Shown: piece by piece, positions 29,007 to 38,419 of the stretch
How positions within the stretch are numbered: position 1 is the first letter of the stretch
Layout of the letters: every line of letters starts with the position of its first letter
NCBI GenBank assembly: GCA_040882355.1
Contig: JBBEBM010000017.1
Location: 1 to 64,000, forward strand
DNA: 64,000 bases
Reading direction: 5' to 3'
DNA from: Dehalococcoidia bacterium
GTDB taxonomy: Bacteria; Chloroflexota; Dehalococcoidia; DSTF01; RBG-16-68-14
Position numbers and translations under genes: made by a program
Notes under the pieces: model-generated
What the model was told of the DNA's origin: nothing
What the model saw: the letters and a program-made list of their open reading frames with translations, nothing else
Database searches by the model: none

Positions 29007-29039
29007 GATGTTGACTTAGTCGATAGGCTTCGATACCTT
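29007..29039 (+). promoter_or_regulatory. Internal sigma70 promoter with weaker Rrf2-like box
   Basis: TTGACT (29011-16), 17 bp, TACCTT (29034-39); GATGTTGACTTAGTCGATAGGCTTC partly matches the other two boxes. Confidence 0.55.
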
Positions 29040-29092
29040 TGAAGCGGCGGGGCTCCCGCCACCACATCGCATATCGCAAGGAGGTACACACG

Positions 29093-29926
29093 ATGCCCGG
29101 ACGGGAAGACGTGCTGGTCACCACAGATTGGGTCGCCGAGCACCTGAAGGACGCCAAGGTGAAGCTGATTGAGGTCGACGTGGACACCACAGCCTACGAC
29201 GAAGGCCATGTCGAAGGCGCTGTCGGCTTCAACTGGACGAGCCAGCTCCAGGACCAGGTGCGCCGCGACATCGCGACGAAGGGGCAGATCGAGCAGCTCT
29301 TGAGCGAGGCCGGCGCGAACAACGACGACACCATCGTCCTTTTCGGCGACAACAACAACTGGTTCGCCGCGTACGCGTTCTGGCTGCTGCGCATGTATGG
29401 CCACCAGAACCTGAAGCTGATGGACGGCGGGCGGAAGAAGTGGCTGGACGAAAGTCGCCCGACGACCAAGGACGCGCCGAAGCCCGCCCGCGCCAGCTAC
29501 AAGGCGAAGGACGCCGACCTGAGCCTGCGCGCCAAGCGCGACGAGGTGCTCGCCGGCATCAGCGACGGCAAGCACGCGCTCGTCGACGTGCGATCGCCGG
29601 ACGAGTACAACGGCAAGATCATGGCGCCGCCCGGCCTGCAGGAGACAGCCCAGCGCATGGGCCACATCCCGACAGCGCAGAGCGTGCCGTGGGCACAGGC
29701 CGTGCGCGAGGACGGCACCTTCAAGTCGGACGACGAGCTGAAGGCGCTGTACGCGCCGAAGGGCGTGACGGGCGACAAGGACGTGATCGCCTACTGCCGC
29801 ATCGGCGAGCGCTCTTCGCACACGTGGTTCGCGCTCAAGTACCTGCTCGGCTACCCCAACGTCAAGAACTACGACGGCTCGTGGACGGAGTGGGGCAGCA
29901 TGGTCGACATGCCGATCGAGAAGTAG
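29093..29926 (+). CDS. Tandem-domain rhodanese / thiosulfate sulfurtransferase (SseA/CysA type)
   Basis: ATG after AAGGAGG; YDEGH, DVRS..EY.G, GHIP, YCRIGERS active loop, YDGSWTEW. Confidence 0.95.
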   Translation: MPGREDVLVTTDWVAEHLKDAKVKLIEVDVDTTAYDEGHVEGAVGFNWTSQLQDQVRRDIATKGQIEQLLSEAGANNDDTIVLFGDNNNWFAAYAFWLLRMYGHQNLKLMDGGRKKWLDESRPTTKDAPKPARASYKAKDADLSLRAKRDEVLAGISDGKHALVDVRSPDEYNGKIMAPPGLQETAQRMGHIPTAQSVPWAQAVREDGTFKSDDELKALYAPKGVTGDKDVIAYCRIGERSSHTWFALKYLLGYPNVKNYDGSWTEWGSMVDMPIEK

Positions 29927-29954
29927 GCAACCGCGCCGAAGATCCACGCTCCAG

Positions 29955-30467
29955 ATGTCCGAGGAACGACAGATCACGTCGAGCAAGCCGCGCATGCCCG
30001 CGGCCTACGGCCTGGGCGCGGCGACGACGCGGCCTGGCGAGCGGCTGTCGTGGGAGCGCGCCGGCGAGCTGCTCGCTGCGTCGAAGAACTACTGGGTGTG
30101 CACCAGCCGCCCGGACGGCCGCCCCCATGCGATGCCGGTCTGGGGGCTCTGGCTCGACGGCTGCGTCTACTTCTCGACCGGGCGCGACTCGCGCAAGGCG
30201 CTGAACCTCGCGGCCCAGCCGTACGCGGTCGTCCACCTGGAGAGCGGCGATGAGGCGGTGATCGTCGAGGGAACGGTTGCGGAGGTGCGCGGCGTCTCGA
30301 TCCTGGAGCGCCTGCACAGCGCGTACGAGAAGAAGTATGGCATGCGGCCGGACCTGAACGCGCTGAAGGCGGCGTTCTACGTCGTTCGACCGAAGGTGGT
30401 CTTTGGCTGGCTGGAGCCCGACTTCCCGGAGAGCGCGACCCGCTGGCGGATCGAGGATGGTCGCTAG
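29955..30467 (+). CDS. Pyridoxamine 5'-phosphate oxidase-like protein
   Basis: YW..T.RPDGRPHAMPVWG.W, SRKA.NL, ATRW. Confidence 0.85.
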   Translation: MSEERQITSSKPRMPAAYGLGAATTRPGERLSWERAGELLAASKNYWVCTSRPDGRPHAMPVWGLWLDGCVYFSTGRDSRKALNLAAQPYAVVHLESGDEAVIVEGTVAEVRGVSILERLHSAYEKKYGMRPDLNALKAAFYVVRPKVVFGWLEPDFPESATRWRIEDGR

Positions 30468-30468
30468 C

Positions 30469-30846
30469 ATGGCCGACGACGCGAACCCTTACGTCGCGCT
30501 GCTCTACCGGCGCGCGTTTGCCGCGCAGGACCCCGCGCTGGTGCAGGTCAGCTTCGACGTGGCGGTCCTCGACAGGTATCGCGGGCAATCGAACTACTCG
30601 CTGATCCGCACGAACAGCGCCGGCCGCCTCAAGCGCGAGGGCGCCTGGGCGATCGACTTCGGCATCAGCGAAGACGACCGCACGATCCACGCGGGGCTGC
30701 AAGAGCTGTTCCACGCCCTGCCGGAGCCGGAGCGGGAGCACTGGGCGCTGCACGTCGCGACGCTGCCCATGAGCCGCAACTTCCTCCAGATGCGCCTTTC
30801 GGCGGGCGCGTGCATCGACGACGGCGAGGTGCGGGACTGGGCGTGA
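30469..30846 (+). CDS. Hypothetical protein
   Basis: MADDANPY...FDVAVLDRY...WAIDFGI...LPEPEREHW...GACIDDGE; ATG 1 nt after the upstream stop (alternative ATG 30457). Confidence 0.75.
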   Translation: MADDANPYVALLYRRAFAAQDPALVQVSFDVAVLDRYRGQSNYSLIRTNSAGRLKREGAWAIDFGISEDDRTIHAGLQELFHALPEPEREHWALHVATLPMSRNFLQMRLSAGACIDDGEVRDWA

Positions 30847-30884
30847 GGGCGCCCCGTTTGAGGGCGCTACTATAGGAGAAGACG

Positions 30885-31313
30885 ATGCTGACGATACCGC
30901 GCCAGTGTTTCGACGAGATCGCCGCCCACTCCAACCAGGAGTACCCGAACGAGTGCTGCGGCATCCTGATCGGCGCAGGTGACGAGATCCGCGAGGTGCT
31001 GCGCGGGCGCAACGTGCTGGAGAGCCCCTACAAGTACCAGATCCACCCACTGGACGTGCGCAAGGCCGACGACCTCGCCCGCGAACGCGACCTCGACATC
31101 CTCGCGTTCTACCACTCGCACACGGCCATCGACGCGACGAAGGTGACCGAGGCGTACCCCTCTGAGACCGACATCAACCACGCGAAGGCGATCCAGAACC
31201 TCTTCCAGGGCTACTACTTGATCATGACGCTCAAGGACCGCGACGCGCCGGAACTCCGCGCCTTTCGGATCATCGACGGAACGGTGGACGAGCAAGAGCT
31301 GCAGATCGTCTAG
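30885..31313 (+). CDS. JAMM/MPN+ (M67) metalloprotease, Mec-like
   Basis: PNECCG, FYHSH, YPSETD; SD AGGAG. Confidence 0.92.
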   Translation: MLTIPRQCFDEIAAHSNQEYPNECCGILIGAGDEIREVLRGRNVLESPYKYQIHPLDVRKADDLARERDLDILAFYHSHTAIDATKVTEAYPSETDINHAKAIQNLFQGYYLIMTLKDRDAPELRAFRIIDGTVDEQELQIV

Positions 31314-31500
31314 TCTCGAAGGAGGCCGGTCGTGGCCAACGAGGCCTCCGCAGCGCGTTCTCCGTCGAGCGGCAGGTGCAGATCAGCGCGCCGATGACGT
31401 AGTGGCCGCGATTCCTCGGCCGGCGACGACGGGCGGCCGGCGCGCGTTGTCGCGATGCGTGGGAGGGGTAGGAGGCGAACAGCCCCGCAGTCTTCGGGCG

Positions 31501-31611
31501 GGACATTCTGGTGGACATTCCTTTGGACACGCCCTAGGCCAAAACTGCTATAATCGTATCTGGATTCAGCGAGTTCATGGGGACATTCCTGTGGATATTT
31601 TGCTGGACATT
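31501..31611 (+). promoter_or_regulatory. Two triads of GGACATT direct repeats flanking an extended -10 promoter
   Basis: Units at 31501/31513/31525 and 31581/31593/31605 (12-bp period); TGCTATAAT at 31546-54. Confidence 0.75.
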
Positions 31612-31631
31612 TGCGATAGCGAGGACCTATT

Positions 31632-32765
31632 CTGCCTGTCTGGAATGTCACTTTTGACACTCGTGTCGATGTCGGAGCGCCGGACATCGTTGCTGCGGCT
31701 GCGCAGGCCGAGGCACTTGCGCGCGTCATCCGAGAGATCCCGATTCCCCCCGCGGTACAGCATCGAATCGACGCGCTGAACATTCTCAGAGCTGTTCGAG
31801 GGACGACAGGGATCGAGGGCGTCGAGCTGTCGGAAGAGGACGTCCGGCGCATCATTTCATCGCCTCCGCCCGCCGGCGCAGCTACCTCCAGTCGCGCCAG
31901 AGAAGAGCGGGAGGTCAGGAATGCCGCGCGCGTGATGGAGTACGTTGCTGAGGTGATCCGAGGAAACCCGGCGACCCCGCTCACCGAAGCCATGATCTGC
32001 AGGATTCATGAGCTCACCACCGAAGGCGTTGACTACCCGCACAACGAGCCAGGCCATTACCGCGAGCATCCCGCTTCCGCCGGCACGTACGTCCCTCCCC
32101 GAACCGGCGATGAGATCCGCTCCCTGATGAAGCAGTTCATCCAGTGGTTCAACGAAGGTCCGCCTCGCGCCTGGCCCACACCCGTCAGCGCTATCATCGC
32201 GCACTTCTATGTGGTCAGCATCCACCCCTTCGGCGATGGTAATGGCCGCACATCGAGGGCAGTCGAAAGCTTCCTCCTCTTCAGAAGCGGGATCAATGCT
32301 CGCGGATTCTACTCGCTGGCCAACTTCTACTATCAGAACCGAGCCGAATACGTGGCCTTGCTCGATAGAGTACGATTCGAGACCAACGGGAACCTGACGC
32401 CATTCGTCCGATTTGCTCTGAATGGGCTCGTAGAAGAGCTCACTGGCGTCCATCGGGCGGTGCTGGATGAAGTCAAGATCATCGCCTTCCGCGACTACGC
32501 CCGCGATCTCTTGATGGCTCAGCGGAAGCTGGGCACGAAGCCGGGCGAACGGCTGTACCACTTCTTGCTGGGCCTGGCCGGAGAGCCAGAGGTCTCGCTA
32601 ACAGCCCTGCGAAGAGGCGGGCACTGGCTGTCAGAGTCCTACCGAAACGTTACGCCAAAGACGCTGAGCCGCGATCTCAACTTTCTGCTCTCCAATCACT
32701 TGGTGGTTGTTGATGGCGATACGATTCGAGCAAACCTTGACATCATGAACGAGTTCGTACCCTAG
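31632..32765 (+). CDS. Fic family protein with N-terminal inhibitory motif and C-terminal HTH; probable CTG start
   Basis: HPFGDGNGRTSR; frame is open from 31620 and contains TTGIEG upstream of the first canonical start (31932); GAGGA lies 6 nt before CTG 31632; C-terminal VTPKTLSRDL. Confidence 0.85.
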   Translation: MPVWNVTFDTRVDVGAPDIVAAAAQAEALARVIREIPIPPAVQHRIDALNILRAVRGTTGIEGVELSEEDVRRIISSPPPAGAATSSRAREEREVRNAARVMEYVAEVIRGNPATPLTEAMICRIHELTTEGVDYPHNEPGHYREHPASAGTYVPPRTGDEIRSLMKQFIQWFNEGPPRAWPTPVSAIIAHFYVVSIHPFGDGNGRTSRAVESFLLFRSGINARGFYSLANFYYQNRAEYVALLDRVRFETNGNLTPFVRFALNGLVEELTGVHRAVLDEVKIIAFRDYARDLLMAQRKLGTKPGERLYHFLLGLAGEPEVSLTALRRGGHWLSESYRNVTPKTLSRDLNFLLSNHLVVVDGDTIRANLDIMNEFVP

Positions 32766-32780
32766 CCTGCGGATAACTCC

Positions 32781-34202
32781 TCATCGGGCGGCGACGGGCG
32801 GGCGGCGCTTCCAGAAGCTGGTCGCTTGTTCGAAGGCGTGGGCCAACTGGAGCACGCCGAAGTCGTCGTGGTGGCGACCGACGATCTGCACGCCGACGGG
32901 CAGGCCGTCCGTCGTGAATCCGCACGGTACGGAGATGGCAGGCAGGCCAACCACGGTGATGTAGTAACACGACTTCATCCAGTCGATGTACGTGCCCATC
33001 TTCACGCCGTTTATCTGCTCGACGTAGCGCTGCTCGACCGGGAACGGCGGCACCTGGTTCACGGGGAGAACCAGGAATTCGTACGTTTCCAGAAAGGCGC
33101 GCACGTGATGGAAGAGCGCGGTGCGCTTCACCTCGGCCCGCCCGACGTCCGCGCCGCTTAGCCGCTGGCCCTGCTCGATGTTCCAGAGGACAGTCTCCTT
33201 CATTTCGTGGCGGTGCTCCGCCAGCAGCCCGCCCAGGAGCAGCTCGAAGCTCCAGGCCCGCAGCGTGTGGAAGACCTCGTCCGCATCAGCGAAGTCGGGC
33301 TCGCCGTCCTCGACCTCGCAACCGAGAGACTCGAAGACGGGTCGTTGCGCGTCGATGACGGCGGTCACCGCCGGCTCGACCGGCAGCCCGCCGAGGTCGC
33401 GGCTCCAGGCAACGCGGACGCCGCGAAAGTCGCGCTCGAGCGGGCGCGAGAACGCGCTGCCAGGCTCGCTGATGGAGATCGGCGATCGCGGATCAGGACC
33501 GGCGATCACGCTGAGCATGAGCGCGACGTCCTGAACCGCGCGCGCCATCGGGCCCTGAACGTCCAACGTCGCCCATGCGGCTCTGGCGGGCCAGATGGGC
33601 ACCCTGCCCGGCGACGGCCGGAACCCCACCACATTGCAGAAGTTGGCCGGGTTGCGCAGCGACCCACCCATGTCCGAACCATCGGCGAGCGGGACCATGC
33701 CGCACGCAAGGGCCACCGCCGCGCCGCCGCTGCTGCCACCGCAGGTCTTGGTTGTGTCGTACGGATTGAGGGTCTCGCCGAAGACTTCGTTGTAGGTCTG
33801 CGATCCGGCGCCAAACTCGGGAGTGTTCGTCTTTCCGATCGTGATCGCTCCCGCGTTCCGCAGCCGCTCAACAATCAGGGCGTCCTCGTTCGGCACGAAG
33901 TCCCTGAAGATCGGCGAGCCGAAGGTTGTACGGATGCCCTTCGTGAGGGTCATGTCCTTGTGGGCGACCGGTATCCCGTGCAACGGGCCCACGTCGTCGC
34001 CCTTGGCGAGCGCTTCGTCGGCGTTCGCGGCGCGCGCCAGCACCTGCTCGGCTACCAGCGTGACGACGGCGTTCACGAGCGGGTTGACGCGCTCGATCTG
34101 TTCGAGGTGAGCCTGCACGATCTCTCGGGACGACAGCTCCCTTGCGCGGACCAGCCGGGCCAGGTCCGTCGCTGAGAGAAAGCAGATGTCCATACGAGGC
34201 AC
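32781..34202 (-). CDS. Amidase signature family enzyme
   Basis: GPLHGIPVAHKD, GKTNTPEF, GGSSGG, GSDMGGSLRNPA. Confidence 0.95.
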   Translation of the reverse strand: MPRMDICFLSATDLARLVRARELSSREIVQAHLEQIERVNPLVNAVVTLVAEQVLARAANADEALAKGDDVGPLHGIPVAHKDMTLTKGIRTTFGSPIFRDFVPNEDALIVERLRNAGAITIGKTNTPEFGAGSQTYNEVFGETLNPYDTTKTCGGSSGGAAVALACGMVPLADGSDMGGSLRNPANFCNVVGFRPSPGRVPIWPARAAWATLDVQGPMARAVQDVALMLSVIAGPDPRSPISISEPGSAFSRPLERDFRGVRVAWSRDLGGLPVEPAVTAVIDAQRPVFESLGCEVEDGEPDFADADEVFHTLRAWSFELLLGGLLAEHRHEMKETVLWNIEQGQRLSGADVGRAEVKRTALFHHVRAFLETYEFLVLPVNQVPPFPVEQRYVEQINGVKMGTYIDWMKSCYYITVVGLPAISVPCGFTTDGLPVGVQIVGRHHDDFGVLQLAHAFEQATSFWKRRPPVAAR

Positions 34203-34347
34203 GACTGGCTCCAGTCAGGAAGCGATGGCCGGGAAGACGGGCACGCGGCGCTCTGTGGCCATGGTACACGTCTGCCGCGTCTCTGGCACGATTGGGCAGA
34301 TACCGCAATAATGTACGGCCAGCACAGAACCAGGTCCCCTGAGGTGA

Positions 34348-35832
<1,485 letters not shown>

Positions 35833-35896
35833 GGCCGCAAACTTGCGTTCCTGGATGGGTCGCATCTTCCGAAGGCTACTCCAGGCCCAGTGAAAC

Positions 35897-36433
35897 ATGA
35901 GCGTGAATCACGTCTGGCTTGTAACCGGACCCCCAGGCGCAGGGAAGACCACCGTGGCGCACCTGCTGGCAGGAACGATGGAGCGAGCCGCCCACATCGA
36001 CGGCGACCTCTTGCGGCAATGCATCGTCACTGGAGGCGCGCGGCCAGAGCAGGAGCCCGCGGCCGCGGCGGTAAGGCAAATGGCGCTCAACGTCCGTAAC
36101 CAGTGTCTGCTCGCGCGTTCCTTCAGCGAGGCGGGCTTCGTGGCAGTTTTGGATTACCTTGTCACGAGCCGAGAGCTTCTGGCGACGTACCAGGATGAAC
36201 TCGAAGGACTGGGGCTTCATTTCGTAGTTCTTGCTCCCCGCCAAGAGATCTTGCTGAAGCGCGACCGGGGGCGGGCCGCCGTGCATGGCCACACCCATGA
36301 GGACTCGTTGTATCTGGCCAGCGTCTTGACAGGCGAGCTGCGAGACATCGGTCTCTGGCTGGACACGAGCGAATTGACTCCCGAAAGCACGGTCGACGAG
36401 ATCCTCAAGCGGAAGCCGGAAGCCAGGGTGTAG
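35897..36433 (+). CDS. P-loop small-molecule kinase-like (AAA_33 type) protein
   Basis: TGPPGAGKTT, HIDGD, WLDTSELT. Confidence 0.8.
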   Translation: MSVNHVWLVTGPPGAGKTTVAHLLAGTMERAAHIDGDLLRQCIVTGGARPEQEPAAAAVRQMALNVRNQCLLARSFSEAGFVAVLDYLVTSRELLATYQDELEGLGLHFVVLAPRQEILLKRDRGRAAVHGHTHEDSLYLASVLTGELRDIGLWLDTSELTPESTVDEILKRKPEARV

Positions 36434-36486
36434 CCACGGCAGACTGCGGTGTTCTCGCCCCCCTCACCATCGGCCCGCGCGAGTTC

Positions 36487-37284
36487 GTGTGGGGCGAGCG
36501 GACGTACCTGATGGGCGTGATCAACGTCTCACCGGACTCGTTCTCCGGCGACGGGCTGGCCGATGCCGACGCGGCGGTCGCGCAAGGCCGGCGCTTCGTC
36601 GAGGAAGGGGCGGACCTGCTGGACGTGGGCGGGCAGTCGACGCGGCCCGGTTTCGAGGAGCTGTCGCCGGACGAAGAGGCAGGCCGGGTGGTGCCGGTGA
36701 TAGAGCGACTCGCGCGCGAGGTGGCTGTGCCCTTGAGCGTCGACACCTACAAGGCGCCGGTGGCGCGCGCCGCGCTCGAGGCGGGCGCCCACCTGCTCAA
36801 CGACATCTGGGGCTTCCGCAACGACACCACCCTCGCGGAGTTGGCCGTCGAGTTCGGCGTGCCATGTGTCATCATGCACAATCAGCGGGGCAGGGAGTTC
36901 CGGGACGTGATCGGCGACATCCGCGCCGGATTGGAGGAGAGCATCGGCATCGCTGAGCGGGCCGGGCTGCCGCGCGAGCGGCTGATCGCCGACCCTGGCT
37001 TCGGCTTCGGCTGGACGGAGGCACAGAACCTGGAGATGCTGCGCCGGCAGGGCGAGCTGCGCGACCTTGGCCTGCCAATCCTCGCAGGTACATCACGCAA
37101 GTCGACGATCGGCGCAGTGCTCGGCGGCGTGGCAGCCGGCGAGCGCATCTTCGGCACCGCGGCGACGGTGGCGCTCGCTATCGCGAACGGCGCCGACGTC
37201 GTGCGCGTGCACGACGTGCGGGAGATGCGCGATGTGGCGCGGGTTGCGGACGCGGTGGTGCGCGGCTGGAGGAAGGAAGCGTGA
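36487..37284 (+). CDS. folP: Dihydropteroate synthase
   Basis: MGVINVSPDSFSG, GQSTRPG, DPGFGF, GTSRKS, RVHDV; start uncertain. Confidence 0.96.
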   Translation: MWGERTYLMGVINVSPDSFSGDGLADADAAVAQGRRFVEEGADLLDVGGQSTRPGFEELSPDEEAGRVVPVIERLAREVAVPLSVDTYKAPVARAALEAGAHLLNDIWGFRNDTTLAELAVEFGVPCVIMHNQRGREFRDVIGDIRAGLEESIGIAERAGLPRERLIADPGFGFGWTEAQNLEMLRRQGELRDLGLPILAGTSRKSTIGAVLGGVAAGERIFGTAATVALAIANGADVVRVHDVREMRDVARVADAVVRGWRKEA

Positions 37285-37790
37285 ACGAAGGTCTGCCCGT
37301 CGTCTACCTGGGACTGGGCTCCAACCTGGGAAACCGCCGGCGCAACCTGGCCGTGGCCCTGAGCCGGCTCGAGCCGCTCGTGCGCGTCGAGGCGGTATCG
37401 TCGCTGTACGAGACCGACCCGGTCGGCCCGCAGGACCAGCCCTCGTTTCTCAACGCGGCCTGTCGCGCGATCACGGGGCTGGGGGCGCGCGGGCTGCTGC
37501 GCCATATACAGGAAGTCGAGCGGGAGATCGGACGTCGCGCCGGCGAACCGTGGGGCCCGCGCCCGATCGACATCGACCTGCTGCTCTACGGCAACGAGGT
37601 GATCGACGAGCCGGGCCTGCAGGCGCCGCACGCCGAACTGGCGAAGCGCGCCTTTGTGCTCGCGCCGCTGGCGGAGCTTGCGCCGGACATCTCGCACTCG
37701 GCGCTCGGTCGGACGATCGGCGCGCTACTGAGCGAAGTCAGTCAAGAGGGTGTGCGAAAAGTGGAAGGGCCGGGCTGGGAGAACAAGTAA
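37281..37790 (+). CDS. folK: 2-amino-4-hydroxy-6-hydroxymethyldihydropteridine diphosphokinase
   Basis: LGLGSNLG, SSLYET, QP.FLN, WGPRPIDIDLL, RAFVL. Confidence 0.96.
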   Translation: MNEGLPVVYLGLGSNLGNRRRNLAVALSRLEPLVRVEAVSSLYETDPVGPQDQPSFLNAACRAITGLGARGLLRHIQEVEREIGRRAGEPWGPRPIDIDLLLYGNEVIDEPGLQAPHAELAKRAFVLAPLAELAPDISHSALGRTIGALLSEVSQEGVRKVEGPGWENK

Positions 37791-37802
37791 GGCGTTGCTG
37801 CC

Positions 37803-38042
37803 TCAAGAGAACGCGGGCTGGGGCTCCTCTTCCTCTTCCATGTCCAGCTCCGCAAGGTCCGGCTCCATGTTCGCCATGGTGTAGCCGACCCAGAAGAGCA
37901 GGCCGGAGACTGCAGCCATCGCGCTGAGCACCGGCAGTGCGACGGCGTAGTAGCTGCGGCGAACAACGCCGAGCGTGAAGACCAGCATCTGCAGAGCGGC
38001 CACCGCCATCAGCATCGAGCCGAGCGATTGTGAGCGTTCCAT
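37803..38042 (-). CDS. Small two-TM membrane protein with acidic tail
   Basis: Two hydrophobic segments around RRSYYAVALP; directly downstream of the Trm112-like gene. Confidence 0.7.
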   Translation of the reverse strand: MERSQSLGSMLMAVAALQMLVFTLGVVRRSYYAVALPVLSAMAAVSGLLFWVGYTMANMEPDLAELDMEEEEEPQPAFS

Positions 38043-38063
38043 GGTGGTCGTCTCCCGCGAGCG

Positions 38064-38267
38064 CTAGCCCGCCTGGGCCTCCGCAGCCTTGCGCAGGTCG
38101 GGTGGCAGCAGGTTCGGGATGCCGTCTTCGATCGGGTAGGTCTCATTGCAGGCGGCGCAGAACAGGGCGCCGCGCAGCACCTCTTCCTCGTTCTCTTCAT
38201 CGATGGTGAGCTGCAGCTCGCCCTTGCACATGGGGCAAGCGAGGATGTCCATCAGGTCCTTGCGCAT
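38064..38267 (-). CDS. Trm112/YcaR-like zinc-ribbon protein
   Basis: ATG after GAGGAGGAG; LMDILACPMCKG...CAAC..YPIEDGIPNLL. Confidence 0.9.
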   Translation of the reverse strand: MRKDLMDILACPMCKGELQLTIDEENEEEVLRGALFCAACNETYPIEDGIPNLLPPDLRKAAEAQAG

Positions 38268-38419
38268 CGCTATCTCCTCCTCAGTCTGAGAGTGACGAAG
38301 GCATTGTAGGCACCCAAACACCGGCGGTCAATGCGAGGCCGCCCCGCTGGGCACCGGTTGACGCCCTAGTGAAGCGCCAGCTACAGTAGCGGCGGAAGAC
38401 AAGTTATGAGCGTGGCGGT

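Noticed and set aside
25684..31313. Anti-phage ubiquitin-like system (Bil, Bub, CBASS type II)
   Set aside because: No recognisable E2, CD-NTase or effector; the context is sulfur assimilation with CysM and a rhodanese.
31314..31495. Possible gene remnant on the minus strand (GHYVIGALICTCRSTENA)
   Set aside because: Coding-like but short, apparently frameshifted and unassignable.
31501..31611. CRISPR array or plasmid iterons
   Set aside because: Units are 7 bp with 5-bp gaps; no cas or rep gene nearby.
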